A stretch of DNA of 64,000 nt, taken from sequence record PP813861.1. One strand, 5' to 3'. Positions 45,717-54,690 of this stretch are shown piece after piece. The first letter of the stretch is position 1. Each line of letters opens with the position of its first letter. Both the position numbers and the translations under genes were made by a program. The notes beneath the pieces were generated by a model. The model did no database searches, was not told the origin of the DNA, and saw only the letters and a program-made list of their open reading frames with translations.

Positions 45717-47663
45717 ATGAGAATTGAATTAACTGACTATAATTCAGATCCATCCACTACTATAAAGATATATCGACATTATTTCCCATTTGATGCAGAA
45801 GATTTGCCGCCCGTGTTAGTTGAATTACCTGGTAATACAAGTAGCTACACCGATGAGACTCTTATACTCAACACCATGGTTTATTACAGGATATCAGTCG
45901 TGCATAATGGCAATGAAGTAGTTGGTCCTTTATACACAACAATGAAACGTTATTATACTGGACCACAAATTGATAAGAATGTCCCAGATAGAATCTTACG
46001 TGGTGATAGTTATATTGGCCGATATGGTACATTACCTTTGAACGTCATATTGTCAATAGATGAAGCTAAAAAATTAGTACCATCATGTACTGTACTTGAA
46101 GGAATCGATCATGAAACAATAGAGGTCGAGAAGTGTAGTTATCATGGGAACGTGTTATTTATTTCTAATATACCTGTTTTCTATGGTAGTCCTGAAGATC
46201 TTTATAATGATGGTGCTCTACTATCATACGGAGACGGATTAGGTGTATTCAGCCGCACATTTTACGATTCTTTAACAACTAAAGTTGAGCAAGGGAAACC
46301 TGTAACGTATAACAATTATTCATTTAAGTTCAGACTGATGACAACAAGCGAGTATGCTGAACTATATGTTAAGTTATATCCAGATTCCCCTATGGGTCTT
46401 ACATGTGATCGAGTTATAGGTAATTGTAACACGCATTCATATAAATCACCAGTCGTAGATATCGGATCACAGGGTAATAAATTCAGAACAGTTGGATTAG
46501 ATGGAGTGTCTTCAGACACAGAGTGGACTACTAAGGGACCACTTTATATGGTGGTCGAGTTAATGAATAGAGGTGATATGGCATGGCCAAGCCCTGATGT
46601 AAATATCATTCCTGCTGATCCAACTGATCGCATGATGTTCTGTCAATCTGAAATTATTAACGGACGTGCCCATTTCTTTGGTGGTGTTTATAGCCATTTT
46701 AATTCATATGCATCTGCCACTACTAAACATATCAGTATTAATTTGGATGGATCTGATAGGCAAGTACATGCGGATATGCCAGTTGGGGTATATAACGCAT
46801 GTACTTGGGTTAACGGGAATAAAATCTACTGTATGGGCGGCGCCAAAAAGATAGGCAGTAGCGAATATACGTATGCTGAATTATACAATGACATTCAGGT
46901 ATGGGAGGATGATGGTACGCCAGAAGGTTCTTGGTCAACTATAACGAATAGTTTACAATTTTATTATGGTGCTAGTGTTACGAAGTATTATGATAAAATC
47001 ACTGATCGTCAAAGACTTTTATATATTGGCGGGTATGGTAATGTAATTCCTTCCGGACAGTATAATTTTGCAACAGCGGATCTGGATACATTTGACGGTA
47101 CATTTACAGTCTATAATCGGTCTAATTTCTACGACGGTGGCGGCGGTCCAATAGCACCACATGAAGATTATTTCTTATGGGTTGCTCCAGAAAGAAGTAC
47201 TAATGGTTTTACAAATGCGACATATAAATTAACTATACCTGAAGACACTGACTCGTATACATATAGAACCAAGATAACTCAACAAGGTACAGAATTACCA
47301 ACCACCAAAGGTGGTAAAATTCATATTTGGCGAGATACTATCTTCATGTATGGCTCGGCATCTCTTGATGAGAAACAAGGTGAGTTATACTTATATCAAT
47401 TTGTACCTAATGAAAACCGCTGGTTGAAAATAACCGTAGCGGTACCAGGATTAAGTAATAGCAGTAGAGCATCTTTAAATGGAGCGTTTTACGAAGATAA
47501 GCTCGTGCTTATGCATAATCAACCTTGGCTTAATGAATCGTTTACATCAAGTTTCTATGTTATTCGATTAATCGATCCAATCGATGCACCAATCATCCCA
47601 GTCACAGATGTACAAGTTGGCACAAGTCGGATATTTACAACTTATGCTGAGGTTTCGATATGA
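45717..47663 (+). CDS. Fn3-like + Kelch propeller virion-protein paralog 2
   Basis: N-terminal IYR...SYTDET...VYYR, YTGP...GDSYIGRYG; C-terminal HFFGG, YCMGG, LYIGG, FMYG repeats. Confidence 0.75.
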   Translation: MRIELTDYNSDPSTTIKIYRHYFPFDAEDLPPVLVELPGNTSSYTDETLILNTMVYYRISVVHNGNEVVGPLYTTMKRYYTGPQIDKNVPDRILRGDSYIGRYGTLPLNVILSIDEAKKLVPSCTVLEGIDHETIEVEKCSYHGNVLFISNIPVFYGSPEDLYNDGALLSYGDGLGVFSRTFYDSLTTKVEQGKPVTYNNYSFKFRLMTTSEYAELYVKLYPDSPMGLTCDRVIGNCNTHSYKSPVVDIGSQGNKFRTVGLDGVSSDTEWTTKGPLYMVVELMNRGDMAWPSPDVNIIPADPTDRMMFCQSEIINGRAHFFGGVYSHFNSYASATTKHISINLDGSDRQVHADMPVGVYNACTWVNGNKIYCMGGAKKIGSSEYTYAELYNDIQVWEDDGTPEGSWSTITNSLQFYYGASVTKYYDKITDRQRLLYIGGYGNVIPSGQYNFATADLDTFDGTFTVYNRSNFYDGGGGPIAPHEDYFLWVAPERSTNGFTNATYKLTIPEDTDSYTYRTKITQQGTELPTTKGGKIHIWRDTIFMYGSASLDEKQGELYLYQFVPNENRWLKITVAVPGLSNSSRASLNGAFYEDKLVLMHNQPWLNESFTSSFYVIRLIDPIDAPIIPVTDVQVGTSRIFTTYAEVSI

Positions 47664-48514
47664 TTACCTTTAAAATTAGGAATCCTAATTCTAGATCAAT
47701 TACAAGTATTGAAGTATACCGCGAGTTATCAGGTACACCTATTCCGGATACTCCTATAAACCAACCAATCCAGAAACTAGACGGATTCACGACAGCTATT
47801 ATTGATCGTGATGTGGTAATTGGTAATGTTTACGATTATCGCATTAGGACTGTAAGAGAAGGCGGCGACACAGCCATTAGTCCAGTATTTACATTTAAAG
47901 CTGTTTCGCAATATGGACCAGGTGGTTTCTTAGAACCTATGATGCAAGCAGATGGAGCTGCATTGTTAGATAGGGTAACTAGTCCGGAGCTTCCTAGTCT
48001 TCAAGATCTATTAATGATGTTTAATGGGCAATCGGAAAATGCCATAAATTGGACTGATCAATGGACAAAAATTAAACATAAATCAGATATTTACTTTCTC
48101 CCATATATGGGTTATATCGAGATACCGATAGACAAATTATCTGAGCTAATTAATAATGTAGATAATAATAGAACTATAGTTAAAGGTAATTGTAAATATT
48201 CTTTTTATGTCCCATCATTGCCAACTTCGTTCTATATGCAAGTTATGGATGGTCGGTTTGTTGGACCATATACACTACCAGCTGATTACCCTAGAAAATC
48301 AATGATCCGGTCAATTAGTGATCAGGTTAATAAAAATGCAGATGATGTCAGGGTAATTATGACTGTAGTAGGTGCGAATTCAACTAGAGCATTTAAGGAT
48401 CTGAGTAAGTATGGGTCATCAACCATTACCACTTTTAACCCAACTATTGATGCTAATGTTAGTTGGTATTGGAAACCCATATTAAATTTTATCCAAGAAT
48501 CAGGAGTAAATTAA
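47660..48514 (+). CDS. Fn3-like domain virion-protein paralog 3
   Basis: VYR...IIDRD...VYDYR, QYGPGG; ATGA overlap. Confidence 0.7.
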   Translation: MITFKIRNPNSRSITSIEVYRELSGTPIPDTPINQPIQKLDGFTTAIIDRDVVIGNVYDYRIRTVREGGDTAISPVFTFKAVSQYGPGGFLEPMMQADGAALLDRVTSPELPSLQDLLMMFNGQSENAINWTDQWTKIKHKSDIYFLPYMGYIEIPIDKLSELINNVDNNRTIVKGNCKYSFYVPSLPTSFYMQVMDGRFVGPYTLPADYPRKSMIRSISDQVNKNADDVRVIMTVVGANSTRAFKDLSKYGSSTITTFNPTIDANVSWYWKPILNFIQESGVN

Positions 48515-49374
48515 TGTACATCACTCTTAAAAATGTTAGAGGTTGGCCTGGTTCTACACCGATCGTTACATTTTGGTCGTATACCAATGCGATACCTTGG
48601 GATTACAATAACCTACCACCCCACTATTACTATGATTGGGATTTAATAGCAGGATTCTGGCCATCCAGATACCCTGAAGATACATGCGTTTGGTTGAACT
48701 TAAAATATAAGGATATATTTGGTCAATTAGCTTATACAGGACCAATGCGTACTCTTAGTGTAAGTAGTAAATGGCAAAGTGTATTGGGATATACAAAGCT
48801 TGAAGCCGGTGATGGACAATATGCCAGGTTGACAAAGTCATACAAAGGTGAAAATAGACCAACCCTTAGACCAATTGGTTCTTCGCCATATAGCATCCCA
48901 GGAATGAATCTTGATGAGGCTCCAACCCCTTATTTTATTGATAATGAGTATGTAGCTTTTCATGATACATCTAGTATTGAGAAAGCTGTCGCTGTGGCTG
49001 TTTACCATGCGGGGTACATGGGACGGTCTGGAGATATGTCCGATGTATGGCCGAGTGAATTGATAGAACATATAGGTGGTCCAACTCAACAAGGACGTAT
49101 AATAGATATGCAGGACGTTAAGTGGGAGGTATATGTTCCAACATTAAACGAATTCAAGCGTTATATGGGTACAGCTTTTCAGACAGGCATCCAAACAGAC
49201 CAGTCCCCGGTAACTAATTTATCACTGCCAGATAATGTAAAGTTCCTCACATCAACACCATCTCCAAGAAATAATACCATGTTAGTTGCTATCGATAACG
49301 ATGGTATTGAATATGATGTTGACATAGCTAATGAAGTTGATGTGATTTTTGTATTTAGACCTATACTAAAATAA
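48514..49374 (+). CDS. Divergent paralog 4 of the same family
   Basis: TAATG overlap fixes start at 48514; YTGP...AGDGQY motif; C-terminal FVFRPIL like paralogs 1 and 3. Confidence 0.65.
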   Translation: MYITLKNVRGWPGSTPIVTFWSYTNAIPWDYNNLPPHYYYDWDLIAGFWPSRYPEDTCVWLNLKYKDIFGQLAYTGPMRTLSVSSKWQSVLGYTKLEAGDGQYARLTKSYKGENRPTLRPIGSSPYSIPGMNLDEAPTPYFIDNEYVAFHDTSSIEKAVAVAVYHAGYMGRSGDMSDVWPSELIEHIGGPTQQGRIIDMQDVKWEVYVPTLNEFKRYMGTAFQTGIQTDQSPVTNLSLPDNVKFLTSTPSPRNNTMLVAIDNDGIEYDVDIANEVDVIFVFRPILK

Positions 49375-49388
49375 CTTTATACGGCATA

Positions 49389-49412
49389 AGACCCCTCTAT
49401 ATAGAGGGGTCT
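49389..49412. terminator. Perfect 24-bp palindromic terminator
   Basis: AGACCCCTCTAT/ATAGAGGGGTCT. Confidence 0.75.
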
Positions 49413-49523
49413 ATTTATAAGTAAAAATATACATAAAGTCATTATTATTTGTAGGTTAACCCTACATATAACTCAACTAGAAACCGGGCGTTAATAAAAT
49501 TTAACACTACGGAAAACATAAAG

Positions 49524-50066
49524 GTGACTCAAATGGCTTTTCATTTTAATACACTAGATCTAGACGACTTTATTAATAATTCAAATAAAGTATTAAAAAT
49601 AAATGTTGGCAAGCAAACATTAGTAGCTTATGATGTTGATAAACTAAATATTGTTAATTCAGCTATTAATAAACTAGTTTATAGCGACCCTATAAGTGAA
49701 GAACATATCGAAGCATCACTGACAGATGATTCATTAAAAGAGCTTAATAATTATCTACTTAATAATGGCATTCAGAATAGCGCCAAGATGATGATTGATG
49801 CTGCTCTAGAAATCAAAGAATATTATAAAAATTACGATTCTTTTAGGCCATGTATTTATAAATTAAAATCAATGCATACCAAAAATACAGATGATGTGTA
49901 TCTAATATTTATTCTCGGTGAATCGGACAAGTTATTTGATACTATGCAAGGTTATATTGTTAATAAGTCAGGTAATCTAATCAGAACTACTGTTCAGTCA
50001 TGGCGATTCGAGAAAATTGAATTCAATGACTTAGTTGAATATGATAAGCGTTGGTTATTTATTTAA
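49524..50066 (+). CDS. Hypothetical protein
   Basis: 180-aa ORF; start may be ATG 49533. Confidence 0.75.
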   Translation: MTQMAFHFNTLDLDDFINNSNKVLKINVGKQTLVAYDVDKLNIVNSAINKLVYSDPISEEHIEASLTDDSLKELNNYLLNNGIQNSAKMMIDAALEIKEYYKNYDSFRPCIYKLKSMHTKNTDDVYLIFILGESDKLFDTMQGYIVNKSGNLIRTTVQSWRFEKIEFNDLVEYDKRWLFI

Positions 50067-50117
50067 TATTAAATAAATAAAATAATACTTCCATATACAC
50101 TATATGTAGAAGATTTC

Positions 50118-50194
50118 GCCGCTATAGCTCAGCTAGGTAGAGCAACGCACTTGTAATGCGTAGGTCCTCCGTTCGATTCGGAGTGGCGGCACCA
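50118..50194 (+). tRNA. tRNA-Thr(UGU)
   Basis: GCCGCTA/TGGCGGC acceptor, CT-TGT-AA loop, CCA; TATGTAGAA upstream. Confidence 0.95.
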
Positions 50195-50272
50195 AATTTA
50201 CTGAGGTTTAAACTATTCTTAAATATATTAGTTAGGATGGGATTGAACGCGAAAGACTCAGTAAATCATATT

Positions 50273-50292
50273 GCCCCTCCATATGGAGGGGC
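50273..50292 (+). terminator. Intrinsic terminator
   Basis: GCCCCTCC-ATAT-GGAGGGGC. Confidence 0.8.
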
Positions 50293-50323
50293 TTATGTTT
50301 GTCATTAATCAGGAAAGTATAAA

Positions 50324-50500
50324 ATGAGTCATCTATTATTTATCATCCAAGAATATATTACTAATAAATTTGAGATAACACGAATTGATATGAAGCCATG
50401 CAATAGAATGTTACGTGTATGTTTATACGGTCAACATGAGGGAAAAGGTTTCGTCCGTGTAGATTTATGGTCAGTTGGTTATCGTATTACAAAGAAATAA
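50324..50500 (+). CDS. 58-aa hypothetical protein (MSHLLFIIQEYITNKF...)
   Basis: Manually found; AGGA RBS. Confidence 0.65.
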   Translation: MSHLLFIIQEYITNKFEITRIDMKPCNRMLRVCLYGQHEGKGFVRVDLWSVGYRITKK

Positions 50501-50542
50501 TACTCCAGATTATTTAATATGTATTAATCAAAGGAGTTTATA

Positions 50543-50953
50543 ATGAGTAATGAAACTAACTATCTAGGTTATGAATGGAAAACAGATATAACTACTTCAA
50601 ATCTTAATAGAGTAGTTGATTTATATACACTTGAATTAGCATGGTTAAAAGAAGATTTTAATGATACTCTTTTTATAAAGTCTTATAAAGTACTAGAGGG
50701 TTTATTAGAAGAACCATCTAGGGCAATCCATGATGATACAATGTCCATTCAAAATCAATTAGATGAATTAAATACTGTTTTTAAATTAGTATTTGGGAAA
50801 GATAATGATGTAGAGTTATCAATTAATAATGATTCAATTATTGTAATTGGCACCACAGACGCAACTAAAGAAAAGTTAGAAGTAGAGGTGCGTGAGTTTA
50901 CATATAGAAAATCATTAATTGATGAACGTTATCCAGACATTGTAACGGATTAA
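50543..50953 (+). CDS. Hypothetical protein
   Basis: 136 aa, AAGGAG RBS. Confidence 0.8.
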   Translation: MSNETNYLGYEWKTDITTSNLNRVVDLYTLELAWLKEDFNDTLFIKSYKVLEGLLEEPSRAIHDDTMSIQNQLDELNTVFKLVFGKDNDVELSINNDSIIVIGTTDATKEKLEVEVREFTYRKSLIDERYPDIVTD

Positions 50954-51033
50954 AATACTTACAGCTATCTAGTATGTAACTAGGCGGATTGCCATTTGTA
51001 AATTATCTATTTAATAAAACTGAGGAAATACTA

Positions 51034-51423
51034 ATGAAACAATTCTTTCAACTGCTTCTAAGCCTACTTTTCAAACTACCAGTTCTATCATATTTTGCTG
51101 AGAAGAAACGATTAGAGAAAGAGAAAAAGGAAGAAGAAAAGCGTCAGCAAGAACAACGTCAAAAAGAACTACTTGATGAACAACGTCGCGAACAAGAAGA
51201 TCATTATCGAAAGACGGCTTACGATCGCCTAGCTAAACTTATTCATACTCGGTGGTATGATGAGTTTAATGCATACGAAAAGAAACTAGTTGATCTTGCC
51301 GTGTCGACTGGTAAAGCAGTTAGTGTTAAGTATGGTAAAGTTACTAAGATGCAACACCCTCAACAATTTAAACTACTTAATGATTGGCTGGATGATATTC
51401 CAGTAGAAGATTATTCTAAGTGA
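51034..51423 (+). CDS. Protein with N-terminal hydrophobic helix and charged coiled coil
   Basis: Start moved to ATG 51034 after GAGG; MKQFFQLLLSLLFKLPVLSYF then EKEKKEEEKRQQEQRQ. Confidence 0.8.
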   Translation: MKQFFQLLLSLLFKLPVLSYFAEKKRLEKEKKEEEKRQQEQRQKELLDEQRREQEDHYRKTAYDRLAKLIHTRWYDEFNAYEKKLVDLAVSTGKAVSVKYGKVTKMQHPQQFKLLNDWLDDIPVEDYSK

Positions 51424-51450
51424 GTTTAAATAAAAGAAAATAAAGACATA

Positions 51451-51474
51451 GCCCCTCTCCATGTGGAGAGGGGT
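51451..51474. terminator. Bidirectional terminator between convergent blocks
   Basis: CCCCTCTCC-ATGT-GGAGAGGGG. Confidence 0.8.
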
Positions 51475-51485
51475 TTATGCCGTAA

Positions 51486-52166
51486 TTATACACTTACTTT
51501 GATAAGATTTTTAATATCAGTAAAATGGGTATATGTTGCCTTTTTATCTTTGTGAACCAGTAAGCAACAGGTACCTTCATTTACTGTATTGGTTTGTTTT
51601 AATGGGATATTTAAAGCATATTCAAACAGATCATCCATCCAGTTAAATACCATGAACTTATTGATAAGGACATGATCGAAATCAATTAATCCAATAAACG
51701 AATCGATCTCAGATTGATAATACTCTACAACCATTTTAGACCATTCTTTGTTTATCGCCTCAATGACATTAGGATTATTTATTTTATTAAATAACTCAAT
51801 ACGTTCCTGAGTAGGTAAACTGAGGTAATAATTAATATTACTCCTAACGATATCTGGATTAGTGATATCCATTTTTTCTGGTAAGTTATATTTACTATCT
51901 ACATAATTCTTAGTTTCTGGTGTCATTCTCCAGCAACCATAATCAGCAGTAGTACTTGATGGATCTATTTTAGTCTCCACTACTTTAGAAAATACATCTA
52001 CATATAAATTAACAGATTCGTATACATCAGGTCTGATTGGATTAAAGTTTAAACTTTTAATAAGACCCCTAACTGGCCGAGTACCAATTAGACAATGCAA
52101 TTCAAGCTTAACATTTTCCTCTTTAGCCATCTTAAATATATCAGCAAAACTGAGCTTTTCTGCCAT
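51486..52166 (-). CDS. Hypothetical protein
   Basis: 226-aa ORF. Confidence 0.8.
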   Translation of the reverse strand: MAEKLSFADIFKMAKEENVKLELHCLIGTRPVRGLIKSLNFNPIRPDVYESVNLYVDVFSKVVETKIDPSSTTADYGCWRMTPETKNYVDSKYNLPEKMDITNPDIVRSNINYYLSLPTQERIELFNKINNPNVIEAINKEWSKMVVEYYQSEIDSFIGLIDFDHVLINKFMVFNWMDDLFEYALNIPLKQTNTVNEGTCCLLVHKDKKATYTHFTDIKNLIKVSV

Positions 52167-52316
52167 TTAGAATATACCTTTTATTAATTGGACAAATAGA
52201 TTAGATACACATAGCAATAGAATAAACCATAAACCTAGTCTTTGTAATTTATCTATACGCTTAGCTTTTTGTTTCCTCTTTAATCTAACTAATAATGTAT
52301 TTTTAATATCATTCAT
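52167..52316 (-). CDS. 49-aa basic protein with C-terminal TM helix
   Basis: Manually found; TAA-ATG junction with next gene; RLKRKQKAKR then LGLWFILLLCVSNLFVQLI. Confidence 0.7.
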   Translation of the reverse strand: MNDIKNTLLVRLKRKQKAKRIDKLQRLGLWFILLLCVSNLFVQLIKGIF

Positions 52317-52334
52317 TAAATTATCTCAGATTTT

Positions 52335-52865
52335 TTAGACGGTGTATAAACCCTCAGTATTACATGTTGTTATGATATTGTAAAGACGATGCCAATAGCG
52401 ATCATACGTATTTTTACGTTTGTAGCTATTGGTGCGGATGACTAGATTGGCGACCCAGTGATTCTGATCAATGGTCTCATGTAGATGCCCGAAATAAGCC
52501 CCCAGTTCAATTTCGAATGGGATCTTACACTCACGCCCCTTACACATTGCTTCACGCAATAAACGCATTGCAGAATTCTCTGCATTGGTATCTTTAAATA
52601 AAAGACTAATGTATCCAGGGCTACCACCAGTTTCTTCATCAACATGGCCTGAACAGCAATAAATAGTTGCAACATTGATAAATTGATTAAACCATTTAAT
52701 TAATGGCCTACATGCTTCATCAATAAGATCTTCATATTCAGGTTTATACATTACTTTAACAGTATCATCTGCACGTTGTTTCACATGATGAAAATATTGC
52801 TCCCAATTTACATTAGTGTAATATAGCATATCCATATTAGAATTACTCATACAAATCAACCCCAT
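52335..52865 (-). CDS. TYW3/Taw3-like protein (possible RNA methyltransferase fold)
   Basis: IDEACRPLIKWFNQFINVATIYCCSGH resembles TYW3 motif D-x2-I-x2-L-x3-N-x6-T-x2-SCSG-R/H. Confidence 0.4.
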   Translation of the reverse strand: MGLICMSNSNMDMLYYTNVNWEQYFHHVKQRADDTVKVMYKPEYEDLIDEACRPLIKWFNQFINVATIYCCSGHVDEETGGSPGYISLLFKDTNAENSAMRLLREAMCKGRECKIPFEIELGAYFGHLHETIDQNHWVANLVIRTNSYKRKNTYDRYWHRLYNIITTCNTEGLYTV

Positions 52866-53587
52866 ATGTTATTGGCATATTCGCGGTCATTGAAAATGCG
52901 GGTAAGATCCATCCGCTTTTGAATGCGCGCTAGTATCCATTTTAGTTGTTTAGTTGATAGTTCTTGATTTTGCTTGTACTCACCTGTAGCATGGATGTAA
53001 TAATCAAATTTACGACTTACAGTAGTAGTATGTGCACATGCAATAGCAAATGCTTCAAGTGCAGTTAGTTTGGTTGATCCATTATCATTACAATTAGGGA
53101 TAAACTCAAGTACACTATTAACTGCATCTACACCACTACCCAAATGAGCCCAATCTTTCTTGGTGATGTTGATACCCATGTCTTTAAGAATAACTGTATA
53201 TATGTCACCATTCTCCATAGTGAACATCATAGAAGTATTACCATTAAACAACCTGCGTTCTATGACTGGCAAGATATTTACTTCAACTTTAAACCAATCA
53301 GCTAAATCAACACCTGCGGTAAGGGCATTCAATAGATCATAAACATTATCTATAGTTCCAGCAAAAGCCATAGTTTTAACACGTTTACCTTGCCAAGTAA
53401 CTGTCGGATGAAAAATTATCTTGTGGCAATCATTGTAATATACATCTACACCTTCAGCTTTAGCAGTTAGATCAATATAACCGTTATCTAATACTGGAAG
53501 TCGCCCAATGCTATCAGTTGCATTATTCCGCTCAATTAATAGGCAGTCTGCAATCATGACTTTACCATCATTTACGATATATGTCAT
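52856..53587 (-). CDS. HslV/proteasome-beta-like Ntn-hydrolase
   Basis: After AAGGAG RBS starts M-TYIV...MIAD (N-terminal Thr nucleophile); K in DCHK, FAGT, HLGSG motifs. Confidence 0.6.
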   Translation of the reverse strand: MTYIVNDGKVMIADCLLIERNNATDSIGRLPVLDNGYIDLTAKAEGVDVYYNDCHKIIFHPTVTWQGKRVKTMAFAGTIDNVYDLLNALTAGVDLADWFKVEVNILPVIERRLFNGNTSMMFTMENGDIYTVILKDMGINITKKDWAHLGSGVDAVNSVLEFIPNCNDNGSTKLTALEAFAIACAHTTTVSRKFDYYIHATGEYKQNQELSTKQLKWILARIQKRMDLTRIFNDREYANNIWG

Positions 53588-53621
53588 TTTCACTCCTTAT
53601 AATAAAATAAATAGGCTTAAG

Positions 53622-53745
53622 CGAAATAAAGCCCTCCCCGAAGGGAGGGCATTATCAATAGGTGGGATCTCGGCGGCACCTTCATTTGCGGACGGGAACG
53701 CTGAAGGGAGATAGTCCGGGAGATCCCGATTTGGGTATTCTTTAC
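53622..53745 (-). ncRNA. Candidate GC-rich structured small RNA with nested pseudoknot
   Basis: TATGTAAAG start motif; stems GGGATCTC/GAGATCCC, CGGAC/GTCCG, CCTTCA/TGAAGG; terminator 53631-53650. Confidence 0.5.
53631..53650 (-). terminator. Intrinsic terminator
   Basis: GCCCTCCC-CGAA-GGGAGGGC. Confidence 0.8.
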
Positions 53746-53753
53746 ATATGGTA

Positions 53754-54134
53754 TTACTGCAAGTATTTGTTCCCCGCAGTATAATCACCATTGATCCAAT
53801 TTTTGATTACAACACTGATCCCTTCATTTTCTTTAACGGTAACCCCCAACTCAAGATCGATTGATTGATAAGCTACAGCCGCCAGTGTTAACCGAAGATA
53901 AACGGATCCATCTTTTTCGATATCGTAGGATACTACGAACCCGTCTTGTAGATTTTGTAGCTGGAATGTATTAGCATGTTGTGGGTGGAGACGATCCATA
54001 TTGTACTCGACGACATCTAGTAGATATTGCCGAGCATCAGCAGCATTATCAAATCCGAGATCGCACAGACCGATCGGATAGCGAGCTTGCGTGCATGTAA
54101 CTTTCATAGATACTACACGATGTTGTTTGCACAT
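53754..54134 (-). CDS. Hypothetical protein
   Basis: 126 aa, GAGG RBS. Confidence 0.8.
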   Translation of the reverse strand: MCKQHRVVSMKVTCTQARYPIGLCDLGFDNAADARQYLLDVVEYNMDRLHPQHANTFQLQNLQDGFVVSYDIEKDGSVYLRLTLAAVAYQSIDLELGVTVKENEGISVVIKNWINGDYTAGNKYLQ

Positions 54135-54154
54135 TATATTTTCCTCTTAGATGT

Positions 54155-54246
54155 CAAAAACCCTCCCCGATCAGGGGAGGGTATCTCATTGGTACTTCTT
54201 CAGCAAAACTGAAACTAAGATAAAAGAGCAATCGTAAAGGAACTAC
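54155..54246 (-). ncRNA. Candidate ~90-nt U-rich small RNA
   Basis: TATGTAG motif, internal hairpin, terminator 54160-54182 with U-tract on minus strand; no ORF. Confidence 0.35.
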
Positions 54247-54275
54247 ATAGAATAGTGTATTTCTTTTACTATTTT

Positions 54276-54689
54276 TTACACAACCTCTTTAGATGGGGGT
54301 TCTTTATGAATCCAGTCTAAAGTTGTTGGTAAACTATTATCTGATCTGAAGGTACACACCGTCCGGAACCGAGAGTGATCAACTACAGATAATTGCCCGT
54401 TAATCGCAGCCTCATATTGCCTACACAACTTCACACACCTTTTCTCTAGATCAGTTGGTTCGTAACCTTCTTCTCTTGGTTCAGTGTATGGTCCATCCCA
54501 AAAGAATATTAATCTAAGATCAATCCCAGATTTATACTCCGCTTGGTATGAATATTGATGAACATCAAAATCATCTAATTCTTCAACTAGATGTGATGTT
54601 ATTGTTCTAGGGTGTTCATGAGTTAATTCACTGTATATATGTTTATTTCTAGGGTTTTGTAAATCAACTACGATAAGTTGACTAGTCAT
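54276..54689 (-). CDS. Hypothetical protein (MTSQLIVVDLQ...)
   Basis: Start moved to ATG 54689, adjacent to upstream stop. Confidence 0.75.
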   Translation of the reverse strand: MTSQLIVVDLQNPRNKHIYSELTHEHPRTITSHLVEELDDFDVHQYSYQAEYKSGIDLRLIFFWDGPYTEPREEGYEPTDLEKRCVKLCRQYEAAINGQLSVVDHSRFRTVCTFRSDNSLPTTLDWIHKEPPSKEVV

Positions 54690-54690
54690 T

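Noticed and set aside
53597-53791. 64-aa minus-strand ORF
   Set aside because: Runs through a terminator, starts inside the upstream gene without an RBS; region is better explained as structured RNA
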